Origin: an uncultured Bacteroidales bacterium
Lineage (GTDB): Bacteria; Bacteroidota; Bacteroidia; Bacteroidales; Muribaculaceae
Length of the DNA stretch: 64,000 nt
Direction of reading: 5' to 3'
NCBI GenBank assembly: GCA_902792435.1
Contig: CADAZN010000014.1
Span: forward strand, 40,224 to 104,223
This document shows, one piece after another, positions 37,169 to 46,804 of the stretch; position 1 is the first letter of the stretch; every line of letters begins with the position of its first letter. Made by a program: the position numbers and the translations under genes. A model generated the notes under the pieces. It ran no database searches and was not told the origin of the DNA. It saw nothing but the letters and a program-made list of their open reading frames with translations.

Positions 37169-38737
37169 TTGTCAAGAATTAAAAAGGAAATATGGTGCCT
37201 GATGGTGGCAATGGTTGTGGGTTGTGCTATGGCATGCGCTACCGACAGCATCGCTGTTGACTATGGCGTGGGGCTCACCATCAACACTGGTGGCAGCGAG
37301 TTTGCACCTTATTACATCGCCAGCAACTGCCGTGGCACCGTCACTCAGCAAAACTCGGTTTTGCTCTCGGCCTCGCTCAAGCATGAGATGGACACCACTC
37401 GCCGCCTGTCGTGGGGTGCCGGAGCCGAGGTGTGGGGAGGCTGGTCGTCGAGCGTTGACTATCAGCGCTATGACAGTGAGAGCAAGACGATGATTGCCAA
37501 CCCTCAGCATCCCGCCCGCCTGTGGGTGCAGCAATTGTGGATTGAGGGTAAGCATCGCGGCGTGTTCTTGACCATTGGCCAAAAAGATATCGACCCGGGG
37601 TTGGTGAACCGCAGCCTGAGTAGCGGCGACCTGGTGATGAGTGGAAACGCTCGAGCAGCTTTTGGCGCCCGAGCAGGTTTTATCAATTACCAGAATGTGC
37701 CATTCACTCGTGGCTGGTTGCAAATCAAGGGCGAGTATGGTTACTACAGGCACAACAGCACGCCCTGGCTCAAGAATCATTTTGACTATTACAACAGCTT
37801 CATCACCGAGCACTATTGGTTCAACTACAAGAATATCCATTTTCGCACCAATCCCTCGAAGCGGTTGGTGCTCACCATCGGCGCTCAGGCTGCATGCCAG
37901 TTTGCAGGCACAGCTACCTACTATAAAGATGGGGAGATTGTTGATAGGGTTGAGATGAAACCCACTCTCAAGGCCTTTTGGCGTGCGCTATTTGCAGGCA
38001 GCGGAGGAGAGAATATGGGCGACCAAATTTATGTCCAGGGCAACCATGTGGGTTCATGGGACATCGCTCTCGATTACCATATGACTAATGGCGCTACTTT
38101 GCGGGCCTACTATCAGTCGCTGTGGGAAGAAGGCTCGGGAATAGGCAAGCAGAATGGTTTTGATGGCCTGTGGGGATTTGAATACCGCAGTGGCGGGCGA
38201 GGACTGGTGACAGGCTTTGTGGCCGAGTACATTGACCTGATGAATCAGAGTGGCCCTATTCACTTTGCTTATAAAGACTTTACCGACAACGATCACCCTA
38301 ATGGCAGCGAAATAGGTGTTAATGTCACTGGCAGCGATGATTATTACAACAATTACTGCTATAACGGCTACCAGAATCGTGGCATGTCGATAGGTTCCCC
38401 TATGGCAAAGTCGCCATTATATAACACCGACGGCTACATGCGTTTTACCGACAATCGACTGCGGGGTTTCCATTTGGGCATTATGGGCGACCTTGGTAGC
38501 CAGGTGGGATATCGTGCACTGCTGTCGTGGCGCAAATCGTTTGGAACTCCCTTCATTCCCCGACTAGAACCAAGAACATGCACCTCGATGATGCTCGAGG
38601 CGACCTACACTCCCCGTTGGCTCGAGGGGCTGCAAATCCGTGCCCAGCTGGCGCATGACCACGGCAAGCTTTATGGCGGCAATAATACGGGAGCTCTCTT
38701 ATCTCTCACCTATAACGGCAATTTCACATTTAAATGA
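37169..38737 (+). CDS. Putative outer-membrane beta-barrel protein (possibly Wzi-like; weak)
   Basis: Long Gly/aromatic-rich beta-strand-like sequence ending NGNFTFK. The track start at 37169 is a TTG and the first ATG is at 37202. The family assignment is tentative. Confidence 0.55.
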   Translation: MSRIKKEIWCLMVAMVVGCAMACATDSIAVDYGVGLTINTGGSEFAPYYIASNCRGTVTQQNSVLLSASLKHEMDTTRRLSWGAGAEVWGGWSSSVDYQRYDSESKTMIANPQHPARLWVQQLWIEGKHRGVFLTIGQKDIDPGLVNRSLSSGDLVMSGNARAAFGARAGFINYQNVPFTRGWLQIKGEYGYYRHNSTPWLKNHFDYYNSFITEHYWFNYKNIHFRTNPSKRLVLTIGAQAACQFAGTATYYKDGEIVDRVEMKPTLKAFWRALFAGSGGENMGDQIYVQGNHVGSWDIALDYHMTNGATLRAYYQSLWEEGSGIGKQNGFDGLWGFEYRSGGRGLVTGFVAEYIDLMNQSGPIHFAYKDFTDNDHPNGSEIGVNVTGSDDYYNNYCYNGYQNRGMSIGSPMAKSPLYNTDGYMRFTDNRLRGFHLGIMGDLGSQVGYRALLSWRKSFGTPFIPRLEPRTCTSMMLEATYTPRWLEGLQIRAQLAHDHGKLYGGNNTGALLSLTYNGNFTFK

Positions 38738-39192
38738 AACTGAAACTCACACATATTGTTCTTGCGCTCACCGCGTTGTTGGCAATGAGCAGTTGCACCC
38801 ACAACAACGGTGACATCGGTCTGTGGTTTGGCTTGTGGCACCTCGACTCAATTGAGATTGACGGGGAACCCGATAGTGACTACGATGGCAACTACTATTT
38901 TTTGTTCCAAGGTAAAGTGTTCTGTGTGAGATATGTTAATGAGGAGTCTCACAATCAGTTTCAGTCCGATAGTTTTGCTCTGTGGAGCGAGAATGCTGCC
39001 GATGCCACAATCACAATCAACTTTGTTGACAACCGCTATTCACCTCGAGTTAGTGATGCGTTTCCCGACCCACACCTGAGCACGGTGACTACAATGAACG
39101 TCGTCACTCTGACCTCCAAAAACATGGTGCTTAGCTACCTGAATCCCGACACTGGCGTCATCTACACCTATCATCTCACCCATTGGCAATAA
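38734..39192 (+). CDS. Small lipoprotein (lipocalin-like)
   Basis: Lipobox LLAMSSC. A 4-nt ATGA overlap with the upstream gene indicates co-translation. Confidence 0.65.
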   Translation: MKLKLTHIVLALTALLAMSSCTHNNGDIGLWFGLWHLDSIEIDGEPDSDYDGNYYFLFQGKVFCVRYVNEESHNQFQSDSFALWSENAADATITINFVDNRYSPRVSDAFPDPHLSTVTTMNVVTLTSKNMVLSYLNPDTGVIYTYHLTHWQ

Positions 39193-39340
39193 CACGAGAG
39201 AGACAAGCGAGACTGGAGTAAATGATACTTTTTCAAGGTTTTATAAAATTATAATACGATTTTTACGTTAAATAAATATTACAGAGCTAACGAGATAGTT
39301 GTAATTGCTCAAAATCACATAACGCCGAAATTAATTACAC

Positions 39341-42300
39341 ATGAGAAAGCTATTATTTTTTTTGCGTCAATCAGTTTTTGTGTTTATAGCATCATTGATA
39401 GTTATAGCGGCATCGGTCGATGCACAAGCCTATGACTTCACAGCAAGTGATAGTCACAATAATACCATCTATTATAATATCAATGCTGCTACAGGCACAG
39501 CCGAGGTGACATTTAAAGATGCCAGCTACAACAGTTATAGCGGGATAGTCACGATACCCTCACAGGTGAGCAATGGCAACAATGTATATAGCGTCACTGC
39601 TGTGGGTGATAATGCTTTCCGTGATTGCGGCCAACTAAGTGCCGTGGAAATAGGGGAGAACGTTGAGACAATAGGCAAGCGCTCGTTTATGAACTGCTCA
39701 AATCTCACGTTGATGACAATTGCTAAGAGTGTTACTGCAATTGGCGATTATGCTTTTGCTCAGTGTACAAATCTTTACAAGGTGACATTTAACAACGATG
39801 AGGCGTTGGAGATAGGTGCTGGTGCTTTCTTGAGATGCAACAAGCTGAAAACAGTGAAATGGGACTCAAGCGAGTTCCTTGACGGCCGTGGTGGTCTTTC
39901 TAGCCTAGGGACCAATGCTTTTGCTCATTGTAGCTCATTGGAAAACATTCTGCTTCCTGGTCCATTGCTCGACATGGGAATAACAATTTTTGATGGTTGC
40001 ACTAGCCTCAACAACATCACGGTGATGAGGGAAAGTCCATTGCCAGTTAGTGGCGATCCATTTTCTCTCCCTTCATCGCTAGCCACCATTAGCGTGCCGT
40101 CAAGCGGTGAGCAAGGTGTTACACAGGCCCTTTATGAAAATGCGATAGGCTGGAAGGATTATTCAATCCAAGAGCTTCCCTATTCGTTTGTCGACAGCGA
40201 AGGCTACACTTATCTCAAGAGTTCCTCGACAAGTGTGGCACTCACAGGGCGCAGCATCAATGCTGATGTAGTCGCCGTGCGAAACTCCATCACTGGTTAT
40301 AACGACGACACCTACTATGTGACCTCTATTGCCGATGAGGCATTTAAGAACTCAACCGTCAAGACCCTTGACACTAGCAACGCTTTCCGCCTTAAATCGA
40401 TAGGAACTGAGAGTTTTGCTGGCTGTGAGCAATTGACATCGATAACTTTGGTTGAAGGTATTAATCACATGGGAGATAGAGCATTTGCTGGTTGCAAGGC
40501 TCTAACAGCGGTGAAACTGCCTTCGACACTTAGCAAGGTGCCTTTTGAAGCTTTTGAAGGCTGCAGCAGTTTGGTCAACCTTGAAATATTGCATGGGGTG
40601 CTTGAGATTTCAGCGAGAGCATTTGCTAATTGTTCTAGCCTCGAGTCGTTCACTCTGCCGCGTTCGGTAAATCATGTGGAGACTCACGCTTTCTATCACG
40701 ACACTTCACTCGAGGAAGTGAATGTCGACCCTCAAAGCTCTTATTATGCTTCACTTGAGGGTGTGCTCTTTGAGCGCAAGTTCGGTGAAGGTTTTGATGA
40801 GGGCGAGATAGGCGAGATGGGCCGCTTGATACTCTATCCCATGCGCAAGACCAGTGCGGATTTCTACATCCCTTATTGTGTTACATCAATAGATGCTAGC
40901 GCTCTTGAGGGCGCAACCATGCTCAAGTATTTAGGTGTTCCTGAAACAACAAATGACTTTGGCGAAGATTGTTTTAAGAACACAGGAATTGAATATATAA
41001 ACTACCGCAACAGCGAGCCATCCAACGAGGGTACAACCGGCTTGACAGCGACACTGAAAAGTCATGCCACGCTGCTGGTTCCTATGGGTAGCACAGCCAC
41101 CTATAACGCACAGTCGCAATGGCAGGGATTTAAGGCTATTGTAGAGCAAGACTACGTCTATCAAGACCAGCATTTCACTTTTGACTGGAATACCACAAAT
41201 AAAATCACACTGATAAAAGTGAAAGAAGGTGCGGTTGATGCATCAGGAAATCTCACAATTCCTTCAATAGTGGCTATCTCAAGCTATCCCTACCAGATCG
41301 CTAAGATTGTCAATACCTCAACCTCACAGGTGGCTAATTTAGTTAAAAAACTTACTATTTCGGCCGATAGCCTTTCGGTGATTGAGGTTACTGATGACAT
41401 TAACCCAGTTGCACTAATTACCAATCTTAAGTCGATATCGGTAAGTGAAGGAAATCCCTTTTTCTCGGTAATTGGCGGGAACCTCTACAACTACCGAGGT
41501 AGCGAGATTTATTGTTACCTTCGTTTTAACACTCAAGAGTCATTCACTATGCCTAGTAGTCTTGAGACGATTCTGCCATGGGCTTTTGCCAACAATCCAT
41601 ATCTGAAGAACATCACTTTCAGTAACCGATTGTTTAGAATGGGACGCAATGCTTTTAATGGGTCTTCTTCGCTAGAAAAAGTATATAACGTCAAGTGGGT
41701 TGAAACAATTCCCGACAATGCTTTCGCCAATTGTAGCTCTCTTACCTACCTTGATGGAGGCGAACGAATAAACATTATAGAGAAGGATGCATTCTTAAAT
41801 TGTTCCAACTTGCGGTTTATGCCTTTCTGCCATGGAGTGATAAAGATGGTGGGCGATAGAGCTTTCAAGGGGTGCTCTTCACTTGAAATGGTTGCATTCT
41901 CCAGTAATCTCAATAGCTTAGGAGAGGAGGCTTTTAGGAACTGCTCTTCGCTTAATAAAGTGTTCTTTACTTCTAAATTGGAAAATTTTGGAAACAAAGT
42001 GTTCCAAGGATGCGGTTCTTTGTCCCAAATGTGGCTGAGAAACATTTCGGCTCCACAAGCATCTAACGATATCTTCGACAGCCAGTGTTTAAGCGGTTTG
42101 ACACTCTATGTTCCCGGAGCATCAATAGCTGATTACAGTCTGCAAAGTCCTTGGTCACAAGCTGCTCACTTCAACAGCAGTTCATTCTTAGACAATGGTG
42201 TTGATGTTAATAATGATGGTGTTGTTAATGTGCTTGATCTCACCCTCACAATATCAACGATGCTGGGCGAAACAGATGGCGAAATAATTGGAAACTATGA

Positions 42301-42670
42301 TGTGAATCACGATGGAACGGTGACGGCTGCCGATTTGACCCTAATCTATGACTATATCCTTACTGGACAAGGAGTGACTAATTCTTATAAGTTTGTTGAC
42401 AACGCTCTTTTAGATGTGGCGAATATTATATCTTTAACAGGACCTCATCAAAAAATTAGAGCGTTAAACACAGCTACCAGTCAGTATGTTACAACAGGTC
42501 TTTTAGGATATATCGACAACCCTGAGGTTGCTACATTGACTACTGGCACAATAGCTGGAGCTCAATGTCTTGAGATAGTGCCTGTGAGTGCTGGATATTG
42601 CACGTTTGTGGCAATAGTGTACGATGGGAACGAGTATTTCTACCGAGCATTCCCGCTTATAATAAGGTAG
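39341..42670 (+). CDS. BspA-type leucine-rich-repeat surface protein with internal dockerin-like module and C-terminal Ig-like domain
   Basis: Many repeats of the form IG(D/E)xAFxxCxxLxxVxIPxSV. The dockerin-like pair DVNNDGVVNVLDLTL...DVNHDGTVTAADLTLIYDYIL lies at 42200-42367. A signal or TM segment is present at the N-terminus. Confidence 0.8.
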   Translation: MRKLLFFLRQSVFVFIASLIVIAASVDAQAYDFTASDSHNNTIYYNINAATGTAEVTFKDASYNSYSGIVTIPSQVSNGNNVYSVTAVGDNAFRDCGQLSAVEIGENVETIGKRSFMNCSNLTLMTIAKSVTAIGDYAFAQCTNLYKVTFNNDEALEIGAGAFLRCNKLKTVKWDSSEFLDGRGGLSSLGTNAFAHCSSLENILLPGPLLDMGITIFDGCTSLNNITVMRESPLPVSGDPFSLPSSLATISVPSSGEQGVTQALYENAIGWKDYSIQELPYSFVDSEGYTYLKSSSTSVALTGRSINADVVAVRNSITGYNDDTYYVTSIADEAFKNSTVKTLDTSNAFRLKSIGTESFAGCEQLTSITLVEGINHMGDRAFAGCKALTAVKLPSTLSKVPFEAFEGCSSLVNLEILHGVLEISARAFANCSSLESFTLPRSVNHVETHAFYHDTSLEEVNVDPQSSYYASLEGVLFERKFGEGFDEGEIGEMGRLILYPMRKTSADFYIPYCVTSIDASALEGATMLKYLGVPETTNDFGEDCFKNTGIEYINYRNSEPSNEGTTGLTATLKSHATLLVPMGSTATYNAQSQWQGFKAIVEQDYVYQDQHFTFDWNTTNKITLIKVKEGAVDASGNLTIPSIVAISSYPYQIAKIVNTSTSQVANLVKKLTISADSLSVIEVTDDINPVALITNLKSISVSEGNPFFSVIGGNLYNYRGSEIYCYLRFNTQESFTMPSSLETILPWAFANNPYLKNITFSNRLFRMGRNAFNGSSSLEKVYNVKWVETIPDNAFANCSSLTYLDGGERINIIEKDAFLNCSNLRFMPFCHGVIKMVGDRAFKGCSSLEMVAFSSNLNSLGEEAFRNCSSLNKVFFTSKLENFGNKVFQGCGSLSQMWLRNISAPQASNDIFDSQCLSGLTLYVPGASIADYSLQSPWSQAAHFNSSSFLDNGVDVNNDGVVNVLDLTLTISTMLGETDGEIIGNYDVNHDGTVTAADLTLIYDYILTGQGVTNSYKFVDNALLDVANIISLTGPHQKIRALNTATSQYVTTGLLGYIDNPEVATLTTGTIAGAQCLEIVPVSAGYCTFVAIVYDGNEYFYRAFPLIIR

Positions 42671-42731
42671 AGATTTACAGATAGTTTTTTCGGATGAAAG
42701 ATATATTTTTTAGGTCGTTTGGTCAATCAGG

Positions 42732-43265
42732 CTAAAACGACCTAAATGCATTAAAGAAGTGCCACATGGTGATGGCGGCCGAGCAGGCAATGTTGAGCGA
42801 GTGCTTAGTGCCGAGTTGGGGAATCTCAATGCAGCAGTCGCTGGCATCGACCACAGCTTGGCTTACACCCTTAACCTCATTGCCGAATACGATGGCATAT
42901 TTCTCTCCCTGCTTGATTGAGAACTGTTCGAGGCTAATGCTGCCGTGCACCTGCTCGATGGAGCAAATCTTGTAGCCCTGCTGTCGCAGCAGTTCAACAG
43001 CCTCGAGCGCGTTGCTGTAGTAGCTCCACTCAACACTATCCTCGGCACCGAGGGCGGTCTTGTGAATCTCGTGACTGGGCGGTTTCCCGGTGATGCCACA
43101 CAAGGCTATACGCTCAATGACAAACGCGTCGGCCGTGCGGAACACACTACCCACATTCATCTCGCTGCGCACGTCATCAAGCACCACAGCAACTGGTATT
43201 TTCTCTACTTGCTTGAACTCCTCGGCACTGACGCGATGCAAGTCAAGCATTGATTTCTTCAGCAT
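42732..43265 (-). CDS. TrmH/SpoU-family RNA 2'-O-methyltransferase
   Basis: SpoU motifs NVGSVFRTADAF, IVFGNEVKGVS and IPQLGTKHSLNIACSAAI. The real start is MLKKSML at 43265, and the track's 43460 start would overlap pgi. Confidence 0.8.
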   Translation of the reverse strand: MLKKSMLDLHRVSAEEFKQVEKIPVAVVLDDVRSEMNVGSVFRTADAFVIERIALCGITGKPPSHEIHKTALGAEDSVEWSYYSNALEAVELLRQQGYKICSIEQVHGSISLEQFSIKQGEKYAIVFGNEVKGVSQAVVDASDCCIEIPQLGTKHSLNIACSAAITMWHFFNAFRSF

Positions 43266-43282
43266 AATTAGGCTATTAAAAA

Positions 43283-43336
43283 CTAGAATTTCTAGATTGT
43301 CTAGATATACTAGATTCTCTAGAAATTCTAGATATG
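43283..43336. repeat. Nonamer array CTAGANNNN x6
   Basis: CTAG occurs at 43283, 43292, 43301, 43310, 43319 and 43328, exactly 9 nt apart: ctagaattt ctagattgt ctagatata ctagattct ctagaaatt ctagatatg. Confidence 0.85.
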
Positions 43337-43347
43337 ATGGGTTTTGA

Positions 43348-44661
43348 TTACAGGCGCTTGGCCAGTTCGGCGCTTTGGGCTTCGTAGCCGGGCTTGTTGA
43401 GGAGGGCGAACATGTTTTTCTTGTAGGCCTCCACGCCGGGCTGGTTGAATGGGTTGACACCGAGCATGTAGCCGCTCATGCCGCAGGCTTTCTCGAAGAA
43501 ATAGATGAGCTGTCCCAGATACTTCTCGGTAAGGGCAGGCAGTGTGATGAGCATGCAGGGCACGCCACCGTCAACGTGAGCTAGACGGGTGCCGAGCTCT
43601 GCCATCTTGTTCACCTCGTCAACACGCTTGCCAGCGATGTAGTTGAGGCCGTCGAGGTCGGCATCGTCGGTGGGGATAACCACCTCGTTGCGCTGCTTCT
43701 CAACAGTGATGACGGTCTCGAAGATGGTGCGCTCGCCATCCTGAATCCACTGACCCATTGAGTGCAGGTCGGTAGTGAAGTCAACGCTGGCAGGGAAGAT
43801 GCCCTTGCCGTCCTTACCCTCGCTCTCGCCGTAGAGCTGTTTCCACCACTCGGCGAGGAAGTGCAAGTTGGGGTTGTAGTTCACCAGAATCTCAATCTTC
43901 TTGCCAGCCTGATACAAGGCGTTGCGGGTGGCGGCATAGTTGACCATCATGTCGGCAGGAGCCTTCTCCATCTCAACGGCACCAGCTACCAGGGCGTTGA
44001 TGTCGAAGCCAGCAATAGCAACTGGGAGCAGACCAACTGGAGTGAGCACCGAGAAGCGGCCGCCCACGTTGTCGGCGATAACATAGGTCTTGTAGCCCTC
44101 TTGAGTAGCGAGGCTGCGCAGAGCACCACGCTTAGCATCGGTGATTGCCACGATGCGCTTGGCTGCCACGTCCTTGCCAACCTGCTTCTCGAGCATATTC
44201 TTCAAGAGACGGAAGGCGATAGCTGGCTCGGTAGTAGTTCCCGATTTTGAGATTACCACGATGCCGAAGCGCTTGCCCTCGAGCAGACGCATGAGGTCAC
44301 TTAGGTAATCCTCGCCGATGTTGTTGCCGGCAAACACCACCTTGGCGCCCTCGCTCTGCTTATAGGCAGCGAAGTTGTCGCTCAGTGCCTCAATCACGGC
44401 TTTAGCACCCAGATAACTGCCGCCAATGCCAATCACTACCACGTATTCGCACTCTTGGCGTAGCTGCTGTGCTGTGGCGTTGATGTCGTCGAGCTCGGCA
44501 GCGGTTATCTCACTAGGCAGGTGAAGCCATCCCAGGAAATCGTTGCCTGCACCGTCGCCCTTCTCAAGGGTCTCGGCAGCAGCAAGTGCCTGTGGTTTCA
44601 ACGCTTCAATGTCTTTCTCACTAACAGTCCCAAGGACCGACTTGTTGCAAATGCTAATCAT
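43348..44661 (-). CDS. pgi: Glucose-6-phosphate isomerase
   Basis: Bacteroidota-type short Pgi with [24 protein letters not shown] and [10 protein letters not shown] motifs. Confidence 0.9.
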   Translation of the reverse strand: MISICNKSVLGTVSEKDIEALKPQALAAAETLEKGDGAGNDFLGWLHLPSEITAAELDDINATAQQLRQECEYVVVIGIGGSYLGAKAVIEALSDNFAAYKQSEGAKVVFAGNNIGEDYLSDLMRLLEGKRFGIVVISKSGTTTEPAIAFRLLKNMLEKQVGKDVAAKRIVAITDAKRGALRSLATQEGYKTYVIADNVGGRFSVLTPVGLLPVAIAGFDINALVAGAVEMEKAPADMMVNYAATRNALYQAGKKIEILVNYNPNLHFLAEWWKQLYGESEGKDGKGIFPASVDFTTDLHSMGQWIQDGERTIFETVITVEKQRNEVVIPTDDADLDGLNYIAGKRVDEVNKMAELGTRLAHVDGGVPCMLITLPALTEKYLGQLIYFFEKACGMSGYMLGVNPFNQPGVEAYKKNMFALLNKPGYEAQSAELAKRL

Positions 44662-44666
44662 TATAT

Positions 44667-44807
44667 TATAGTTCTTAGTTTATAGTTTTTAGTTCTTAGT
44701 TACTTAGTTACTTGAGAGGGGAGTTAATAGTTCATAGTTGAGAGTTCATAGTTCATAGTGGGGAGAGTTGAGAGGGGCTTAATCAATGCACAATTCTCTT
44801 CCCTCTC
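44667..44807. repeat. Heptad array, about 20 units (TAGTT/TCATAG words) with one 1-nt phase slip at 44702
   Basis: tatagtt cttagtt tatagtt tttagtt cttagtt (a) cttagtt acttgag aggggag ttaatag ttcatag ttgagag ttcatag ttcatag tggggag agttgag aggggct taatcaa tgcacaa ttctctt ccctctc. Confidence 0.8.
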
Positions 44808-44809
44808 CA

Positions 44810-45943
44810 CTAAATTGGCATTGTGTAGGCGCGGCGGCGCTTGTTGAGCGTGGTATCGAAGTATTGCCACTGTTTTTGCACCATCTCGTTGTGCTCTAGT
44901 TCGTGGCTACTCTCGGCCCATTTATAACCTAACTTGAAGAAGCAAGGGAGAAGGTCGGTGAAGAGCAATGAGTTCACGCCCTTGCTCTGATATTCAGGCT
45001 TCACTGCCACGAGCAGCAGGTCGACCACATCGTTCTTCTTGAACGCCTTGAGCATGTGATACCATCCAAATGGGAAGAGACGGCCACGGTTCTTGATTAA
45101 GGCCTTTGAGAGCGATGGTATTGCAATGCCCACACCTATCAGCTCTCGAGTGTCGTTCTTGATGATGAGCGACAGGTCGTCGAGTGGCAGATAGGGCAAG
45201 TACATCTTGATGTAGTGCTCAATTTGTTTCTCGCTCAGTTGCGAGTAGCCGAAGAGGTTCTCAAAGGCCTCGTTGATGAGCTTGAAAATCGCCTGGCCAT
45301 AGTCGGCAACGAGCTGCTTGCGGTTGGTGTACTTGATATTGTCAACGTTGAAGCGTTTCTTCACGATGTCGCTGATGCGCTGCATCTTCTCAGGTATCTC
45401 ATCGGGTACCTTGATGTGGAATTCCACCCAGTCAACGTCCTTGACAAAGCCCATGCGCTCGAGCTGCTTGGGATAGTAGTCATAGTTGTAGATAGTGGCA
45501 TTGGTGCCCACCTCGTCAAATCCCATTACCAAGCAGCCTTCGGGATCCATATCGGTAAAACCAAGAGGACCAGTGAATTCGGTCATGCCTTTCTCTTTGT
45601 TCCATTGCTTTGCTGCATCGAAGAGAGCGTCGACCACCTCGTCATCGTCGATAAAGTCGACCCAGCCAAATCGGCCTTCTTTCTTGTTGTGGCTCTCGTT
45701 GAAGCGGTGGTTGATGATGGCGGCAATGCGACCCACGGGCTTGCCATCGCGATAGGCCATGAAATAAGCGCTCTCGCAGAATTCAAATGCAGGGTTCTTG
45801 TCGGGCATGAGAGTGCCAATCTCGTCGCTGATTAGCGCAGGAACATAGCACTTGCTATCGCGGTATAGGTCATCGATTGGAAACTTCACATATTTGGTCA
45901 GCTCCTTCTTGGTAGGTTCTATTTTTCTGATTTCTACTGCCAT
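44810..45943 (-). CDS. Conserved hypothetical protein (possible GNAT-fold acyltransferase)
   Basis: Clean 377-aa ORF with no competing frame. GKPVGRIAAIIN... and the C-terminal QSKGVNSLLF resemble acyl-CoA N-acyltransferase folds, but the functional call is weak. Confidence 0.6.
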   Translation of the reverse strand: MAVEIRKIEPTKKELTKYVKFPIDDLYRDSKCYVPALISDEIGTLMPDKNPAFEFCESAYFMAYRDGKPVGRIAAIINHRFNESHNKKEGRFGWVDFIDDDEVVDALFDAAKQWNKEKGMTEFTGPLGFTDMDPEGCLVMGFDEVGTNATIYNYDYYPKQLERMGFVKDVDWVEFHIKVPDEIPEKMQRISDIVKKRFNVDNIKYTNRKQLVADYGQAIFKLINEAFENLFGYSQLSEKQIEHYIKMYLPYLPLDDLSLIIKNDTRELIGVGIAIPSLSKALIKNRGRLFPFGWYHMLKAFKKNDVVDLLLVAVKPEYQSKGVNSLLFTDLLPCFFKLGYKWAESSHELEHNEMVQKQWQYFDTTLNKRRRAYTMPI

Positions 45944-46011
45944 AATCTTTTCGTTTTATTTCTTATTGACTGCAAAGATACAGTTTTTATAATAAGTATT
46001 CAAATTATGGC

Positions 46012-46050
46012 AAAAAAATCCCGCCACAGGACATTATGAACCTGGGCGGG
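46012..46050 (-). terminator. Rho-independent terminator of rubrerythrin
   Basis: The minus strand reads cccgcccagg...cctgtggcggg followed by attttttt (complement of the A7 run at 46012-46018). Confidence 0.65.
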
Positions 46051-46061
46051 ATTGTAGTTTA

Positions 46062-46138
46062 GGGGGGATAATCTCTAATCACTAATCAATAATCCCTAAT
46101 CCCTAATCTCTAATCTCTAATCAGCGCTAATCGCTTAA
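46062..46138. repeat. Heptad array TAATCNC x11, abutting the rubrerythrin stop codon
   Basis: gggggga taatctc taatcac taatcaa taatccc taatccc taatctc taatctc taatcag cgctaat cgcttaa. Confidence 0.85.
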
Positions 46139-46677
46139 TAGTTCTCGGCCTTGATTTGGAAGTAAGACTGTGGATGGTTGCACACTGGGCACATCTCGGG
46201 AGCCTTCTTGCCAACAACGATGTGGCCGCAGTTGCTGCAGTGCCAAATTACATCGCCGTCGCGTGAGAACACCACTTCATCCTCGATGTTCTTCAACAGC
46301 TTGCGATAGCGCTCCTCGTGCTCCTTCTCGATGGCTGCCACGCCGCGCATGCGCTCGGCAATCTCGATGAAGCCTTCTTCCTCGGCCTCGCGTGCCATGC
46401 GGTCATACATGTCGGTCCACTCAAAGTTCTCGCCAGCAGCTGCAGCTGCCAAATTCTCGGTAGTAGCCTTGATAGCTCCACCCTCAAGATACTTGAACCA
46501 CAGCTTAGCGTGCTCTTTCTCGTTCTTGGCAGTCTCCTCAAAGATAGCGGCAATCTGTACATAGCCGTCCTTCTTGGCCTTGCTTGCGAAGTAGTCGTAC
46601 TTGTTGCGAGCCATCGACTCACCGGCAAATGCTTCGAGCAGGTTTTTCTCAGTTTTTGTGCCTTTTAAATCTTTCAT
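46135..46677 (-). CDS. rbr: Rubrerythrin
   Basis: N-terminal ferritin-like diiron region ([21 protein letters not shown]) and a C-terminal rubredoxin-like CSNCGH...CPVCNHP. Confidence 0.9.
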   Translation of the reverse strand: MKDLKGTKTEKNLLEAFAGESMARNKYDYFASKAKKDGYVQIAAIFEETAKNEKEHAKLWFKYLEGGAIKATTENLAAAAAGENFEWTDMYDRMAREAEEEGFIEIAERMRGVAAIEKEHEERYRKLLKNIEDEVVFSRDGDVIWHCSNCGHIVVGKKAPEMCPVCNHPQSYFQIKAENY

Positions 46678-46804
46678 CTTGTTTTAAAATTTTAAAGTGA
46701 ATATTATTTATTTTTTATTGTGAATTCGTGCTATGCTGCTACGGTGTTGCAAATTTCGTCAAAAAACTTGACGTGGACAAATCTATTGGCAATTAAGATT
46801 TGGT

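Noticed and set aside
42690-42745. A 10-bp hairpin (taggtcgttt...aaacgaccta) between the LRR gene and the convergent TrmH-family gene, considered as a terminator.
   Set aside because: On the plus strand the T-run precedes rather than follows the stem, and on the minus strand an A-run follows it. The 3' arm also overlaps coding sequence, so a canonical intrinsic terminator is not supported.
43266-43460. N-terminal 65-aa extension of track ORF 42732..43460 (Pro/Ser/Thr-rich), which overlaps the 3' end of pgi.
   Set aside because: The extension has no SpoU-family counterpart, reads through the nonamer CTAG array and overlaps pgi. The methyltransferase motifs begin after the internal Met at 43265.
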